Assembly: GCA_965228895.1 (NCBI GenBank)
Contig: OZ245842.1
Span: forward strand, 2,144,001-2,208,000
Source of the DNA: Alphaproteobacteria bacterium
GTDB lineage: Bacteria > Pseudomonadota > Alphaproteobacteria > SP197
Length of the DNA stretch: 64,000 bases
Reading direction: 5' to 3'
Positions 54,795 through 64,000 of this stretch are shown here, piece after piece. A program made the translations under genes and the position numbers. Every line of letters starts with the position of its first letter. Positions within the stretch are counted from its first letter, which is position 1. The notes below the pieces were generated by a model. It was not told the DNA's origin, did no database searches, and was given only the letters and a program-made list of their open reading frames with translations.

Positions 54795-56453
54795 ATGACA
54801 AAACCCCAAGCGCTCCATTTCCTGCCCCTTGGCGGGGCAGGCGAGATCGGCATGAACCTGAACCTCTATGAGTACGCGGGTTCGTGGTTGATGTGCGATC
54901 TGGGCGTGGCCTTCGCCGGCGATGAACTGCCGGGCATCGATCTTATCATGCCGGATCTATCGTTTATCGCCGAGCGGCGCGAAAAGCTGATCGGCCTGGT
55001 GCTGACACACGCCCATGAGGATCACCTAGGCGCGGTGCCCTATCTGTGGCCGGAGCTGCAATGCCCGGTCTATGCGACGCCCTTTGCCGCCGCCCTTCTG
55101 CGGCGCAAGCTCGACGAGGGCGCCGAGGGCATCGAGGACCTGGTCATTACCGAAGTGCCGCTGGGCGGCACCATCGATCTTGATCCGTTTGAGATCGAAT
55201 TGATCTCGCTGACGCACTCGATCCCCGAGCCGAATGCGCTCGCGGTCACGACGCCGGCCGGCACGGTGCTGCATACCGGCGATTGGAAGCTCGACCCCGA
55301 TCCGTTGGTTGGTGATGCGGCCGACGAAAAGGCGCTTCGTTCGCTGGGTGACGAGGGCGTGCTCGCCATGGTCTGCGATTCCACCAACGTGTTTCGCCCG
55401 GGGACCTCAGGGTCCGAGGCGGAGGTCCGGAAGGGGCTCGATGATCTGGTGGCCGGTCAGACAGGGCGGGTCGCCATCGCAACCTTCGCCAGCAATCTGG
55501 CACGGCTTCTGACCGTCTTCGAGGTCGCCGCCAACAACGGCCGGAGCGTGGCTGTCGTCGGCCGCTCCATGTGGCGGATATTGGACTGCGCGCGCGAAAC
55601 CGGTTACCTGCCGCGCGATGTCCATTTCCTCTCCGACCGCGACGCCGTCGACCTGCCGGCCGACAAGGTGCTTTACCTCACCACCGGCTGCCAGGGCGAG
55701 CCCAACGCGGCGCTTTCGCGCATCGCCAACCGGACCCATCCGGTGGTCGAGCTGCAGCGCGGCGATACCGTGATCTTTTCGTCCAAGATCATCCCGGGCA
55801 ACGAACGGCCTATCTACGACCTGATCAACCTCATGATCGACTTGGGCATCCAGGTCATCACGGAGAAGGAGCACTTCGTGCACGTCTCCGGTCACCCCAA
55901 CCGCGACGAACTGGCGGCCATGTATCAGTGGGTGCGCCCGCAGATCGCCGTGCCGGTTCATGGCGAGGCGCGGCACCTGCGTGAGCACGCCAAGCTCGCG
56001 CGCGAACTGCAGGTGCCCGAGACGGTCACCGTCGCCAACGGTACCATGGTGCGTCTGGCGCCCGGCACGCCGGAGATCATTGATCACGTCCACCATGGCC
56101 GGCTCGCCTGGTCGGGCAACGGCACGGTACCGGTCGACGGCAATATCGTGCGCGAGCGTCGCCGCTTGATGCATAACGGCGTTGCCTTCGTCACCGTGGT
56201 TGTCGACCGGTCTGGCGACCTCGTCGCCGACCCCGTCGTGTCGGCCCATGGTCTGCTGGAAGACGATGACGAGGAAGAGGCCGTGCTGGATGGCGTGGTC
56301 GATGAGGTGATAGACAAGGTCGAAGCGCTGCCGCGTCCGCAACGCCGCGACGATGAGGTGCTGGGGGAGGCAGTGCGTGTCAGCGCGCGCCGCTTTCTGC
56401 GTAACGAGCTGGGCGGACGCCCGGTGGTTGATGTGCAATTGGTGAGAGTCTGA
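54795..56453 (+). CDS. rnj: Ribonuclease J
   Basis: LGGAGEIGMN, THAHEDH, HSIPE, HTGDWK, HVSGH, PVHGE. Confidence 0.96.
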   Translation: MTKPQALHFLPLGGAGEIGMNLNLYEYAGSWLMCDLGVAFAGDELPGIDLIMPDLSFIAERREKLIGLVLTHAHEDHLGAVPYLWPELQCPVYATPFAAALLRRKLDEGAEGIEDLVITEVPLGGTIDLDPFEIELISLTHSIPEPNALAVTTPAGTVLHTGDWKLDPDPLVGDAADEKALRSLGDEGVLAMVCDSTNVFRPGTSGSEAEVRKGLDDLVAGQTGRVAIATFASNLARLLTVFEVAANNGRSVAVVGRSMWRILDCARETGYLPRDVHFLSDRDAVDLPADKVLYLTTGCQGEPNAALSRIANRTHPVVELQRGDTVIFSSKIIPGNERPIYDLINLMIDLGIQVITEKEHFVHVSGHPNRDELAAMYQWVRPQIAVPVHGEARHLREHAKLARELQVPETVTVANGTMVRLAPGTPEIIDHVHHGRLAWSGNGTVPVDGNIVRERRRLMHNGVAFVTVVVDRSGDLVADPVVSAHGLLEDDDEEEAVLDGVVDEVIDKVEALPRPQRRDDEVLGEAVRVSARRFLRNELGGRPVVDVQLVRV

Positions 56454-56464
56454 AGGAGACGACA

Positions 56465-56869
56465 ATGATCGGTCGGCTGAACCATGTGGCGATCGTGGTG
56501 CCTGATCTCCAGGCGGCCAGCGCCGTCTACCGCGATACGTTGGGGGCTGAGGTCTCTGAAGCCGTCGATGTGCCCGAGCACGGCGTGACGACGGTGTTTA
56601 TCACGCTGCCCAACACCAAGATCGAGTTGTTGAGCCCGCTGGGTGAGGAATCACCTGTTGCTTCGTTTCTGGAGCGTAACCCGTCGGGCGGCATGCATCA
56701 TGTCTGCTACGAGGTCGATGACATCATTGCCGCGCGAGATCAGATCGTCGCCGAAGGGGCGCGGGTCATCGGCGACGGCGAACCCAAGATCGGCGCGCAT
56801 GGCAAACCGGTGCTGTTCCTGCACCCCAAGGACTTCTGCGGTACGCTGGTCGAGATCGAACAGGTCTGA
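56465..56869 (+). CDS. mce: Methylmalonyl-CoA epimerase
   Basis: LNHVAI, EHGV, KIELL, GGMHHVCYEV, FLHPKD..GTLVE. Confidence 0.95.
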   Translation: MIGRLNHVAIVVPDLQAASAVYRDTLGAEVSEAVDVPEHGVTTVFITLPNTKIELLSPLGEESPVASFLERNPSGGMHHVCYEVDDIIAARDQIVAEGARVIGDGEPKIGAHGKPVLFLHPKDFCGTLVEIEQV

Positions 56870-56875
56870 GCGGCG

Positions 56876-57127
56876 ATGGGCCCCTTTGGTCTCATCGTTG
56901 TCTATCTGGTCGTCTGGTGGCTTGTCTTCTTCATGTCGCTGCCATTCGGCGTCCGTCACGATCGTGGCGTCGACGAAGGGCACGACCCCGGTGCGCCGGA
57001 TAAACCAATGTTGTGGCGCAAGGCCGCCGCGGCCACCGTGATCGCCACCGTTCTGGTCGGCGCCGTCTACCTAGTCGATGACCTCGAATGGATCGTTTTC
57101 AGGGAGTTGATCTACGGTGAGCGCTAG
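56876..57127 (+). CDS. DUF1467 family membrane protein
   Basis: WWLVFF..LPFG, G.DPGAP, K...TT-like motif; conserved position after mce. Confidence 0.85.
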   Translation: MGPFGLIVVYLVVWWLVFFMSLPFGVRHDRGVDEGHDPGAPDKPMLWRKAAAATVIATVLVGAVYLVDDLEWIVFRELIYGER

Positions 57128-57680
57128 TTATTGCGCCTATGCGCCGGACAACCCCATCCATGCCAGTTATCACGACACGGAGTACGGTTTTCCGGTCGAC
57201 GACGAACCCGCGCTGTTCGAGCGGTTGGTCTTGGAGATCAACCAGGCCGGCCTGTCGTGGGAGCTGATGTTGAAAAAGCGCGACGGCTTCCTCGCCGCAT
57301 ACGCCGGGTTCGACGTGGACGCCGTCGCTGCCTTCGGCGACAAGGACCGCGCACGGCTGTTGGCCGATGCCGGCATCATCCGCAACCGGCTGAAGGTCGA
57401 GGCCGCGATCTGGAATGCCCAACAGATCATTGGGCTCAGGAACAGTCATGGCGGCTTTTCGGCCTGGCTCGAGGCTCACAACCCCCGGCCGCATGACGAC
57501 TGGACCAAACTGTTCCGGAAGACCTTCAAGTTCACCGGGCCCCTGGTGGTCGAGGAGTTTCTGCTCAGTACCGGCTATCTGCCGGGTGCCCACACGACGT
57601 CATGCCCTGTTTTTGCCCGGATCAAAGCGTCCAATCCGCCATGGCTTCGCGCCGGTCTTGATCATGAGGAGCGTGCCTAG
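57117..57680 (+). CDS. tag: DNA-3-methyladenine glycosylase I
   Basis: YHDTEYG, LEINQAGLSW, GIIRNRLK, FKFTG, H...C zinc ligands. Confidence 0.93.
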   Translation: MSASYCAYAPDNPIHASYHDTEYGFPVDDEPALFERLVLEINQAGLSWELMLKKRDGFLAAYAGFDVDAVAAFGDKDRARLLADAGIIRNRLKVEAAIWNAQQIIGLRNSHGGFSAWLEAHNPRPHDDWTKLFRKTFKFTGPLVVEEFLLSTGYLPGAHTTSCPVFARIKASNPPWLRAGLDHEERA

Positions 57681-57758
57681 GTCTTTTGCGGCCTTGGAAT
57701 AGATCGACACCTTGCCTAGATTGGCGCCCCGCCGAACGGCCCAGCCACCAGGATCATC

Positions 57759-59081
57759 ATGCGACTGTCCCGATACTTCCTGCCGACCATGAAGGAGACG
57801 CCTGCCGAGGCGCAGATTGCCTCGCACCGGCTGATGCTACGCGCCGGCATGATCCGCCAATCGAGCGCCGGTATCTATTCCTGGCTGCCGCTAGGTTTTC
57901 GCGTGCTCAAGAACATCGAGCGCATCGTGCGTGAGGAGATGGATGCGGCCGGCGGCCAGGAAGTCCTGATGCCGACCATCCAGCCCGCCGACCTGTGGCG
58001 CGAGAGCGGCCGCTACGATGCCTATGGGCCGGAGATGCTCCGGATTCGCGACCGACACGATCGCGAGATGCTCTATGGGCCCACCAACGAAGACCAGATC
58101 ACGGAAATCTTCCGCGATTCCGTCCGTAGTTACCGCGACCTGCCGAAAAACCTCTATCACATCCAGTGGAAGTTCCGAGACGAGGTGAGGCCGCGCTTCG
58201 GCATCATGCGCGGGCGCGAGTTCTACATGAAGGATGCCTATTCCTTCGACCTGGACTTCGAGTCGTCGAAGCGTTCGTACAACATCATGTTCGTCACCTA
58301 CCTGAGGACCTTCGCGCGCATGGGCATCCGGGCGATCCCGATGGTCGCCGATACCGGACCGATCGGCGGTGACCTCTCCCACGAGTTCATCGTCTTGGCC
58401 GATACCGGCGAGACCGGTGTTTTTGCCGAGCAGGCGCTGTTGGACCGCGATCCCATTGCCGAAGACATCGACCTTGAAGGCGATCTCGATGCGGTCGTTC
58501 AGTCGTGGACCTCGCGCTATGCGGCAACGGACGAAAAACACGATCCCGCCAACTGCCCGGTCGACGAAAGCCAGCTTGTCCAGGCGCGCGGTATCGAGGT
58601 CGGTCAGATCTTCTATTTCGGCACGACGTATTCGAAGCCGATGAATTGTCTGGTCACGCTGCCGGACGGTGAGCGCGTACCGATCCATGGCGGTTCCTAT
58701 GGCATCGGCGTGTCGCGTCTCGTCGGCGCCATCATCGAGGCAAGCCACGACGACGCGGGCATCATCTGGCCTGACGCGGTCGCGCCGTTCGCGGTCGGCC
58801 TGATCAACCTGAAGACCGGCAGTCCGGAATGTGATGCCGCTGCCGATGATCTCTATAACCAACTCAACGATGCCGGCATTGAGGTACTTTATGATGACCG
58901 TGAGGAACGGGCAGGGGTCAAGTTCGCCGAGATGGACCTGATCGGCCTTCCCTGGCAGTTGACGGTCGGACCGCGTGGCCTCAAGAACAACGTTGTCGAG
59001 CTGAAGCGTCGGGCGTCAGGCGACACGCGTGAGGTGGCGCCGGCCGCCGCCTTGGCTGAAATCATCGATAGCGCCCTATGA
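57759..59081 (+). CDS. proS: Proline--tRNA ligase (short type lacking the editing insertion)
   Basis: [47 protein letters not shown]. Confidence 0.97.
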   Translation: MRLSRYFLPTMKETPAEAQIASHRLMLRAGMIRQSSAGIYSWLPLGFRVLKNIERIVREEMDAAGGQEVLMPTIQPADLWRESGRYDAYGPEMLRIRDRHDREMLYGPTNEDQITEIFRDSVRSYRDLPKNLYHIQWKFRDEVRPRFGIMRGREFYMKDAYSFDLDFESSKRSYNIMFVTYLRTFARMGIRAIPMVADTGPIGGDLSHEFIVLADTGETGVFAEQALLDRDPIAEDIDLEGDLDAVVQSWTSRYAATDEKHDPANCPVDESQLVQARGIEVGQIFYFGTTYSKPMNCLVTLPDGERVPIHGGSYGIGVSRLVGAIIEASHDDAGIIWPDAVAPFAVGLINLKTGSPECDAAADDLYNQLNDAGIEVLYDDREERAGVKFAEMDLIGLPWQLTVGPRGLKNNVVELKRRASGDTREVAPAAALAEIIDSAL

Positions 59082-60322
59082 TTACCGCGTTCGAGCGCAC
59101 TGTCGCGTTCCGTTACCTGCGCTCTCGGCGACAGGAAGGCTTCATATCGGTCACCGCCGCGTTTTCGTTGTTGGGTATCTGCCTGGGCGTGGCAGCCTTG
59201 ATCATCGTCATGTCGGTGATGAACGGGTTTCGCCACGAGCTCATCACACGCATCCTGGGTTTCAACGGTCATGTGACCGTGCTCGGCACGGGCGGTCTCA
59301 ACATCGGCAACTACGACGAACTGGCGTTGCGGCTGAGCGAGATCGACGGCGTCGTCCTGGCGACGCCGATGATCCAGGGTCAGGTGCTGGCGACGTCGCC
59401 AAACGCGCAATCGGGTGCTGTCGTGCGCGGCCTGACGCCAGAGGGGTTCAAAGACCAGACGCTGATTGCCGACAGCGTGAAGATCGGTTCGATCGACAAC
59501 TTTGGGACTGAGCCCGGCGTCATCGTCGGTGCCCAGTTGATGCATCGACTTGGTCTGAATTACGGCGACAACATCACGCTGATATCGCCCAAGGGTGTGC
59601 CGACTGCCTTTGGTACCGTGCCACGATCTGTCGCCTATCCGATCGTCGGTGTCTTTGAGGTCGGCATGTATGAGTTCGACAGCAGCGTCGTCTTCATGCC
59701 GCTCGATCAGGCGCAGGTCTATTTCAGGCTTGAGGATGCGGTCACCCAGGTCGAGCTCAACATCGATACGCCGAACGAACCGTTCGCCGTGCGCCGCGAG
59801 GCCCAGCAAGTCGCCAACCCGTTCTATGTCGTCGACTGGCAGCAGACCAACCGCCACCTCTATGGCGCGCTCCAGGTCGAACGTAACGTCATGTTCCTGA
59901 TCCTGACGCTGATCATCCTGGTCGCCGCCTTCAACATCATTTCCAGCCTGATCATGCTGGTGAAGGACAAGAACGCGGATATCGCGATCATGCGCACCAT
60001 GGGCGCGACACGTGGCGCGCTGCTCCGGATCTTCCTTTTGACCGGCGCCAGCATCGGCATCATCGGCACGGCGCTCGGCCTGATCATCGGCATCCTCTTC
60101 TGCCTCAACATCGAGAGCATTCGCCAGTTCATTCAGGTGCTGACCAGCACGGAACTGTTCCCGGCGGAGGTCTACTTCCTGGCCGAGCTGCCGGCGCGCG
60201 TCGAATGGGTCGAGGTCATCTCCATCGTCGTCATGGCGCTGGTGCTGACCTTCCTGGCGACGCTCTATCCGGCGTGGCGCGCCGCGCGCGTCGATCCGGC
60301 GGAGGCGCTGCGTTATGAGTGA
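59078..60322 (+). CDS. lolE: Lipoprotein-releasing ABC transporter permease (LolC/LolE)
   Basis: [33 protein letters not shown]...P.EALRYE. Confidence 0.95.
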   Translation: MITAFERTVAFRYLRSRRQEGFISVTAAFSLLGICLGVAALIIVMSVMNGFRHELITRILGFNGHVTVLGTGGLNIGNYDELALRLSEIDGVVLATPMIQGQVLATSPNAQSGAVVRGLTPEGFKDQTLIADSVKIGSIDNFGTEPGVIVGAQLMHRLGLNYGDNITLISPKGVPTAFGTVPRSVAYPIVGVFEVGMYEFDSSVVFMPLDQAQVYFRLEDAVTQVELNIDTPNEPFAVRREAQQVANPFYVVDWQQTNRHLYGALQVERNVMFLILTLIILVAAFNIISSLIMLVKDKNADIAIMRTMGATRGALLRIFLLTGASIGIIGTALGLIIGILFCLNIESIRQFIQVLTSTELFPAEVYFLAELPARVEWVEVISIVVMALVLTFLATLYPAWRAARVDPAEALRYE

Positions 60323-60995
60323 CGCGGCGCTGCAGCTCAAGTCGATCGAGCGGACCTTTCATCAGGGCGGCCAGGACCTACATGTGCTGCGCGGTCTGAA
60401 CCTGACCTTGCGCCGTGGCGAGATTGCCGCGCTGGTCGGGCCGTCGGGCGCGGGCAAGTCGACGCTGCTCTATATCGCCGGGTTGCTGGAACGGCCCGAT
60501 GCCGGCGAGATCATCATTGCCGGCGACGTCTGCAACGTCATGCGCGACGATGCCCGCACGGCATTGCGCCGCCGCTATCTGGGCTTCGTCTACCAATTCC
60601 ATCATCTGTTGCCGGAGTTCTCGGCGCTGGAGAACGTCGTCCTGCCCCAGATGATTGCCGGAAGCGGCAAGCGGGCGGCGCGCAAACAGGCCCGCGCCTT
60701 GCTGGAGGCCATGGGCTTGAAGGAGCGGGAAACACATCGTCCGGCGCAGCTTTCCGGCGGTGAACAGCAGCGGGTCGCCATCGCGCGCGCACTCGCCAAC
60801 AACCCCGCCGTGCTGCTGGCCGACGAGCCGACCGGTAATCTGGATCACGATACCGCGCTGGAAGTCATGGCCGTGCTGGCCCGTCAGGTCCAGGAACGCG
60901 GGCTTGCCGCCCTGGTCGCCACGCACAATCTGGAGCTCGCCGCCAGCATGGACCGGATCGTTCGCCTCGAGGACGGTGTCCTCCACGCAGGTTGA
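60315..60995 (+). CDS. lolD: Lipoprotein-releasing ABC transporter ATP-binding protein
   Basis: [40 protein letters not shown]. Confidence 0.95.
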   Translation: MSDAALQLKSIERTFHQGGQDLHVLRGLNLTLRRGEIAALVGPSGAGKSTLLYIAGLLERPDAGEIIIAGDVCNVMRDDARTALRRRYLGFVYQFHHLLPEFSALENVVLPQMIAGSGKRAARKQARALLEAMGLKERETHRPAQLSGGEQQRVAIARALANNPAVLLADEPTGNLDHDTALEVMAVLARQVQERGLAALVATHNLELAASMDRIVRLEDGVLHAG

Positions 60996-61064
60996 CCGAG
61001 ATTTCCACAAGGCGACCTGACGCCTTTCCCTTGGCGCAGGCGCGCCATCGTGGAATCCTCCGCC

Positions 61065-64000
61065 ATGGTCGCTGACTTCATCCATCTGAGGGTCCATAGC
61101 CCGTATTCCCTGCTGGAAGGCGCGGTCAAGATCCCCGATTTGGTTGATTTGGCGGTCCGCCACGACATGCCGGCGATGGCCATTACCGATACCGGCAACA
61201 TGTTCGGCGTATTGGAGTTTTCCGCCAAGTGTGCGGAGACCGGCGTCCAGCCGATCATCGGCCTGCTGCTGGCAATCAGCGATGGCGATCAGCCGCATAA
61301 CGCGCCGGACGAGCGCCTTCTTTTGCTGGCCCAGGACGAGACCGGCTACGCCAACCTCTTGAAGCTGGTCAGCCGGTCCTATCTGGAGAGCGAGCCCGGC
61401 GACACCGCGCATGTCTCGTGGTCGGTCCTGGGCGAGCACAGCGAGGGAATCATCGCGCTGACCGGCGGGCCGGGCGGCCCGATCAACAGCCTGATCGTCA
61501 ACGGGCAGCTTGACGCGGCGCGCGAGCGGATCGCCGAGCTTCAGGCTATGTTCCCGGACCGGCTCTACATCGAACTGCAGCGCCATGAGCTGGCGGTCGA
61601 GCGCCAGGCCGAAGCCGACCTTGTCGCGATCGCCTATGAGCGTGAGTTGCCGCTGGTCGCGACCAACGACGTCATGTTCAAGGACGTCGCCATGCATCAG
61701 GCCCACGACGCGCTCATGTGCATCGCCGGCGGCACAACGGTGAACCAACCTCAGCGCCGGCATGCCTCGCCCCAGCAGTACTTCAAGTCCGCCGAGGAGA
61801 TGTGCCACCGATTCGCGGATTTGCCCGAGGCGACCGCCAACACACTGGCCATCGCGCGGCGATGCGGTGTGATGGCGCCAAAACGCGATCCGATCCTGCC
61901 CCGGTTTCCCACGTCTGACGGCATCAGCGAGGCCGACGAACTGCGCAATCAGGCACGCGAAGGGCTCGACGAGAGGCTCGCGGCTTGTTTCTCGACGGGG
62001 GCTCTGGAGGAAGACAACCGCGAGGCGCTCACGAAAGAATACCGGGAGCGCCTGGAATACGAACTCGACGTCATCGTCGGCATGGAGTTCCCCGGTTACT
62101 TCCTGATCGTTGCCGATTTCATCAAGTGGGCCAAACAGCAGGATATTCCGGTTGGACCCGGGCGTGGTTCCGGCGCCGGTTCGGTCGTCGCCTGGTCGCT
62201 GACCATTACCGATCTCGATCCCATTCGCTTCGGCCTGCTGTTCGAGCGGTTCTTGAACCCCGAACGTGTGTCGATGCCGGATTTCGACATCGATTTCTGC
62301 CAGGACCGGCGCGACGAGGTCATCCGCTACGTTCAGGAACGTTACGGCCATGATCAGGTCGCCCAGATCATCACCTTCGGTACCTTGCAGGCACGCGCCG
62401 TGGTGCGCGATGTCGGCCGGGTTCTGGAGATGCCTTATGGCCAGGTCGACAGGCTGGCCAAGCTGGTGCCGGCCAACCCGGCCAACCCGGTCAAGCTGAG
62501 GGACGCCATTGCCGGCGAGCCGCAATTGCAGGAGGCTCGTGACAGCGACGAACAGGTCGCCCGGCTGCTCGATATCGCGCTGAAGCTGGAGGGCCTCTAC
62601 CGGCACGCCAGCACCCATGCCGCCGGTGTGGTGATCGGCGACCGGCCGCTCGACGAGCTGGTGCCGCTCTACCGCGATCCGCGCTCGGATATGCCGGTTA
62701 CCCAGTTCCACATGAAGGACGTTGAGAAGGCCGGTCTGGTCAAGTTCGACTTTCTGGGCCTAAAGACGCTGACCGTGCTGCAATACGCGGTCCGTTATCT
62801 GGCCGAGGGCGGCCTTGATCTGGATCTGGCGAACCTGCCGCTCGACGACAAGGCTGCCTATGAGGTGCTGGGCCGTGCTGAGACGGTCGGCATCTTCCAG
62901 TTGGAAGGCCAGGGCATGCGCGATGCCTTGCGCCAGCTCAAGGCCGACAAGATTGAAGACATCATCGCCATGGTGGCGCTCTATCGCCCGGGACCGATGG
63001 ACAACATCCCCAGCTTCATCGCCCGCAAACACGGCGATGAAGAGGTCGACTATCTGGAGCCGCGCCTGAAGGAGATGCTGACCGAGACCTATGGCGTCAT
63101 CATCTACCAGGAACAGGTGATGGAAATCGCCAAGATCCTGTCGGGCTATAGCCTGGGCGATGCCGACCTTCTGCGCCGCGCCATGGGCAAAAAGATCAAG
63201 GCGGAGATGGACGCCCAACGCGAGCGCTTCGTGTCCGGCGCGATGGAGCGCGACCTCAAGGAATCCAAGGCGAGCTACATCTTCGATCTGGTCGCCAAGT
63301 TCGCGGGCTACGGTTTTAACAAGAGCCACGCCGCAGCCTACGCACTGATCGCCTATCAGACGGCTTATCTGAAGGCCAACCACCCCGTCGAGTTCCTGGC
63401 CGCATCGATGACGCTCGACATGGGCACAACCGACAAGCTCAATGTCTTCCGTCAGGAACTGAACCGCCTGGAGATCGAACTGCTACCGCCCGACGTTAAC
63501 GCGTCCGGCGTCGAGTTTACGGTCGAGCGGCGCGAGGATGGGACCAAGGCCGTGCGCTATGCCCTGGCGGCGATCAAGAATGTCGGCGCCCAGGCCATGG
63601 CGGATCTGGTGGCCGAGCGCGAGGCGAACGGCCCGTTCACCGACTTGTTCGACTTCGCCCAGCGCTTGGAAAACCGGGTCATGAACAAACGCCAGGTCGA
63701 AAATCTGGCACGTGCCGGTGCCTTCGATCGGCTGGAACCGAACCGGGCAAAGGTTGTCGGCAATGTCGACCTTTTGGTCCGCTTCAACACGGTGGCCGCC
63801 GAGGAGCGCGAAAGTCAGCAGGAAAGCCTGTTCGGCGGCGGTGGCGGCGGCGAGGGGCCCGCGCTGCCCAATCTTGCCGAGGTCGACGATTGGCTGCCAA
63901 GCGATCGGTTGCGTGAGGAGTTCGAGGCGATTGGCTTTCATCTGACCGCGCATCCGCTTGAGCCGTATGCCGAGGCCCTCGATCGGATGGGTGTTGTGAC
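61065..64000 (+). CDS. dnaE: DNA polymerase III alpha subunit, truncated at the window end
   Basis: Hand translation MVADFIHLRVHSPYSLLEGA; GPGRGSGAGS, FERFLNPERVSMPDFDIDF, KFDFLGL, FAGYGFNKSHAAAY; no stop before 64000, so absent from the ORF track. Confidence 0.97.
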   Translation, partial: MVADFIHLRVHSPYSLLEGAVKIPDLVDLAVRHDMPAMAITDTGNMFGVLEFSAKCAETGVQPIIGLLLAISDGDQPHNAPDERLLLLAQDETGYANLLKLVSRSYLESEPGDTAHVSWSVLGEHSEGIIALTGGPGGPINSLIVNGQLDAARERIAELQAMFPDRLYIELQRHELAVERQAEADLVAIAYERELPLVATNDVMFKDVAMHQAHDALMCIAGGTTVNQPQRRHASPQQYFKSAEEMCHRFADLPEATANTLAIARRCGVMAPKRDPILPRFPTSDGISEADELRNQAREGLDERLAACFSTGALEEDNREALTKEYRERLEYELDVIVGMEFPGYFLIVADFIKWAKQQDIPVGPGRGSGAGSVVAWSLTITDLDPIRFGLLFERFLNPERVSMPDFDIDFCQDRRDEVIRYVQERYGHDQVAQIITFGTLQARAVVRDVGRVLEMPYGQVDRLAKLVPANPANPVKLRDAIAGEPQLQEARDSDEQVARLLDIALKLEGLYRHASTHAAGVVIGDRPLDELVPLYRDPRSDMPVTQFHMKDVEKAGLVKFDFLGLKTLTVLQYAVRYLAEGGLDLDLANLPLDDKAAYEVLGRAETVGIFQLEGQGMRDALRQLKADKIEDIIAMVALYRPGPMDNIPSFIARKHGDEEVDYLEPRLKEMLTETYGVIIYQEQVMEIAKILSGYSLGDADLLRRAMGKKIKAEMDAQRERFVSGAMERDLKESKASYIFDLVAKFAGYGFNKSHAAAYALIAYQTAYLKANHPVEFLAASMTLDMGTTDKLNVFRQELNRLEIELLPPDVNASGVEFTVERREDGTKAVRYALAAIKNVGAQAMADLVAEREANGPFTDLFDFAQRLENRVMNKRQVENLARAGAFDRLEPNRAKVVGNVDLLVRFNTVAAEERESQQESLFGGGGGGEGPALPNLAEVDDWLPSDRLREEFEAIGFHLTAHPLEPYAEALDRMGVV

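Noticed and set aside
61065-64000. Intein or split in dnaE
   Set aside because: Motifs follow at normal spacing and FAGYGFNKSH is uninterrupted; the gene is missing from the ORF track only because it is truncated.

Overview
GC-rich bacterial chromosomal window (low-60s % GC by eye). Gene content and order point to an alphaproteobacterium, probably Rhodospirillales-like (inference from synteny). It is almost entirely conserved housekeeping DNA. In order: a partial PLP-dependent decarboxylase, an endonuclease I, two interleaved branched-chain/HAAT ABC transporters, rpiB-glyA-nrdR-ribD-ribE-(APH kinase)-ribH-nusB-thiL-hppA, bamE, cbp3-yceD-rpmF-plsX-fabH-ihfA-merR-tRNA-Pro, a small Crp/methyltransferase/nnr/mcd block, tRNA-Leu-tig-clpP-clpX-lon-hupB, tRNA-Val, tRNA-Asp, a complete nuoA-N operon, birA-coaX-rnj-mce-DUF1467-tag-proS-lolE-lolD and a truncated dnaE. 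I found no transposase, integrase, phage gene, CRISPR array, intein or defence system, and I cannot support a claim of a new multi-gene system. The most notable oddities are small: (i) a trigger factor with an internal His/Asp-rich insert plus a histone-H1-like tail; (ii) an IhfA whose intercalating proline is replaced by leucine, with an IHF consensus site abutting its own -35; (iii) a 140-bp double-hairpin RIME/MITE-like element upstream of a solute-binding-protein gene; (iv) an endonuclease I with altered metal ligands; (v) an APH-family kinase inserted antisense inside the riboflavin operon. Family assignments come from motif recognition, not database searches. Several start codons were moved from the ORF track using RBS and typical homolog N-termini.
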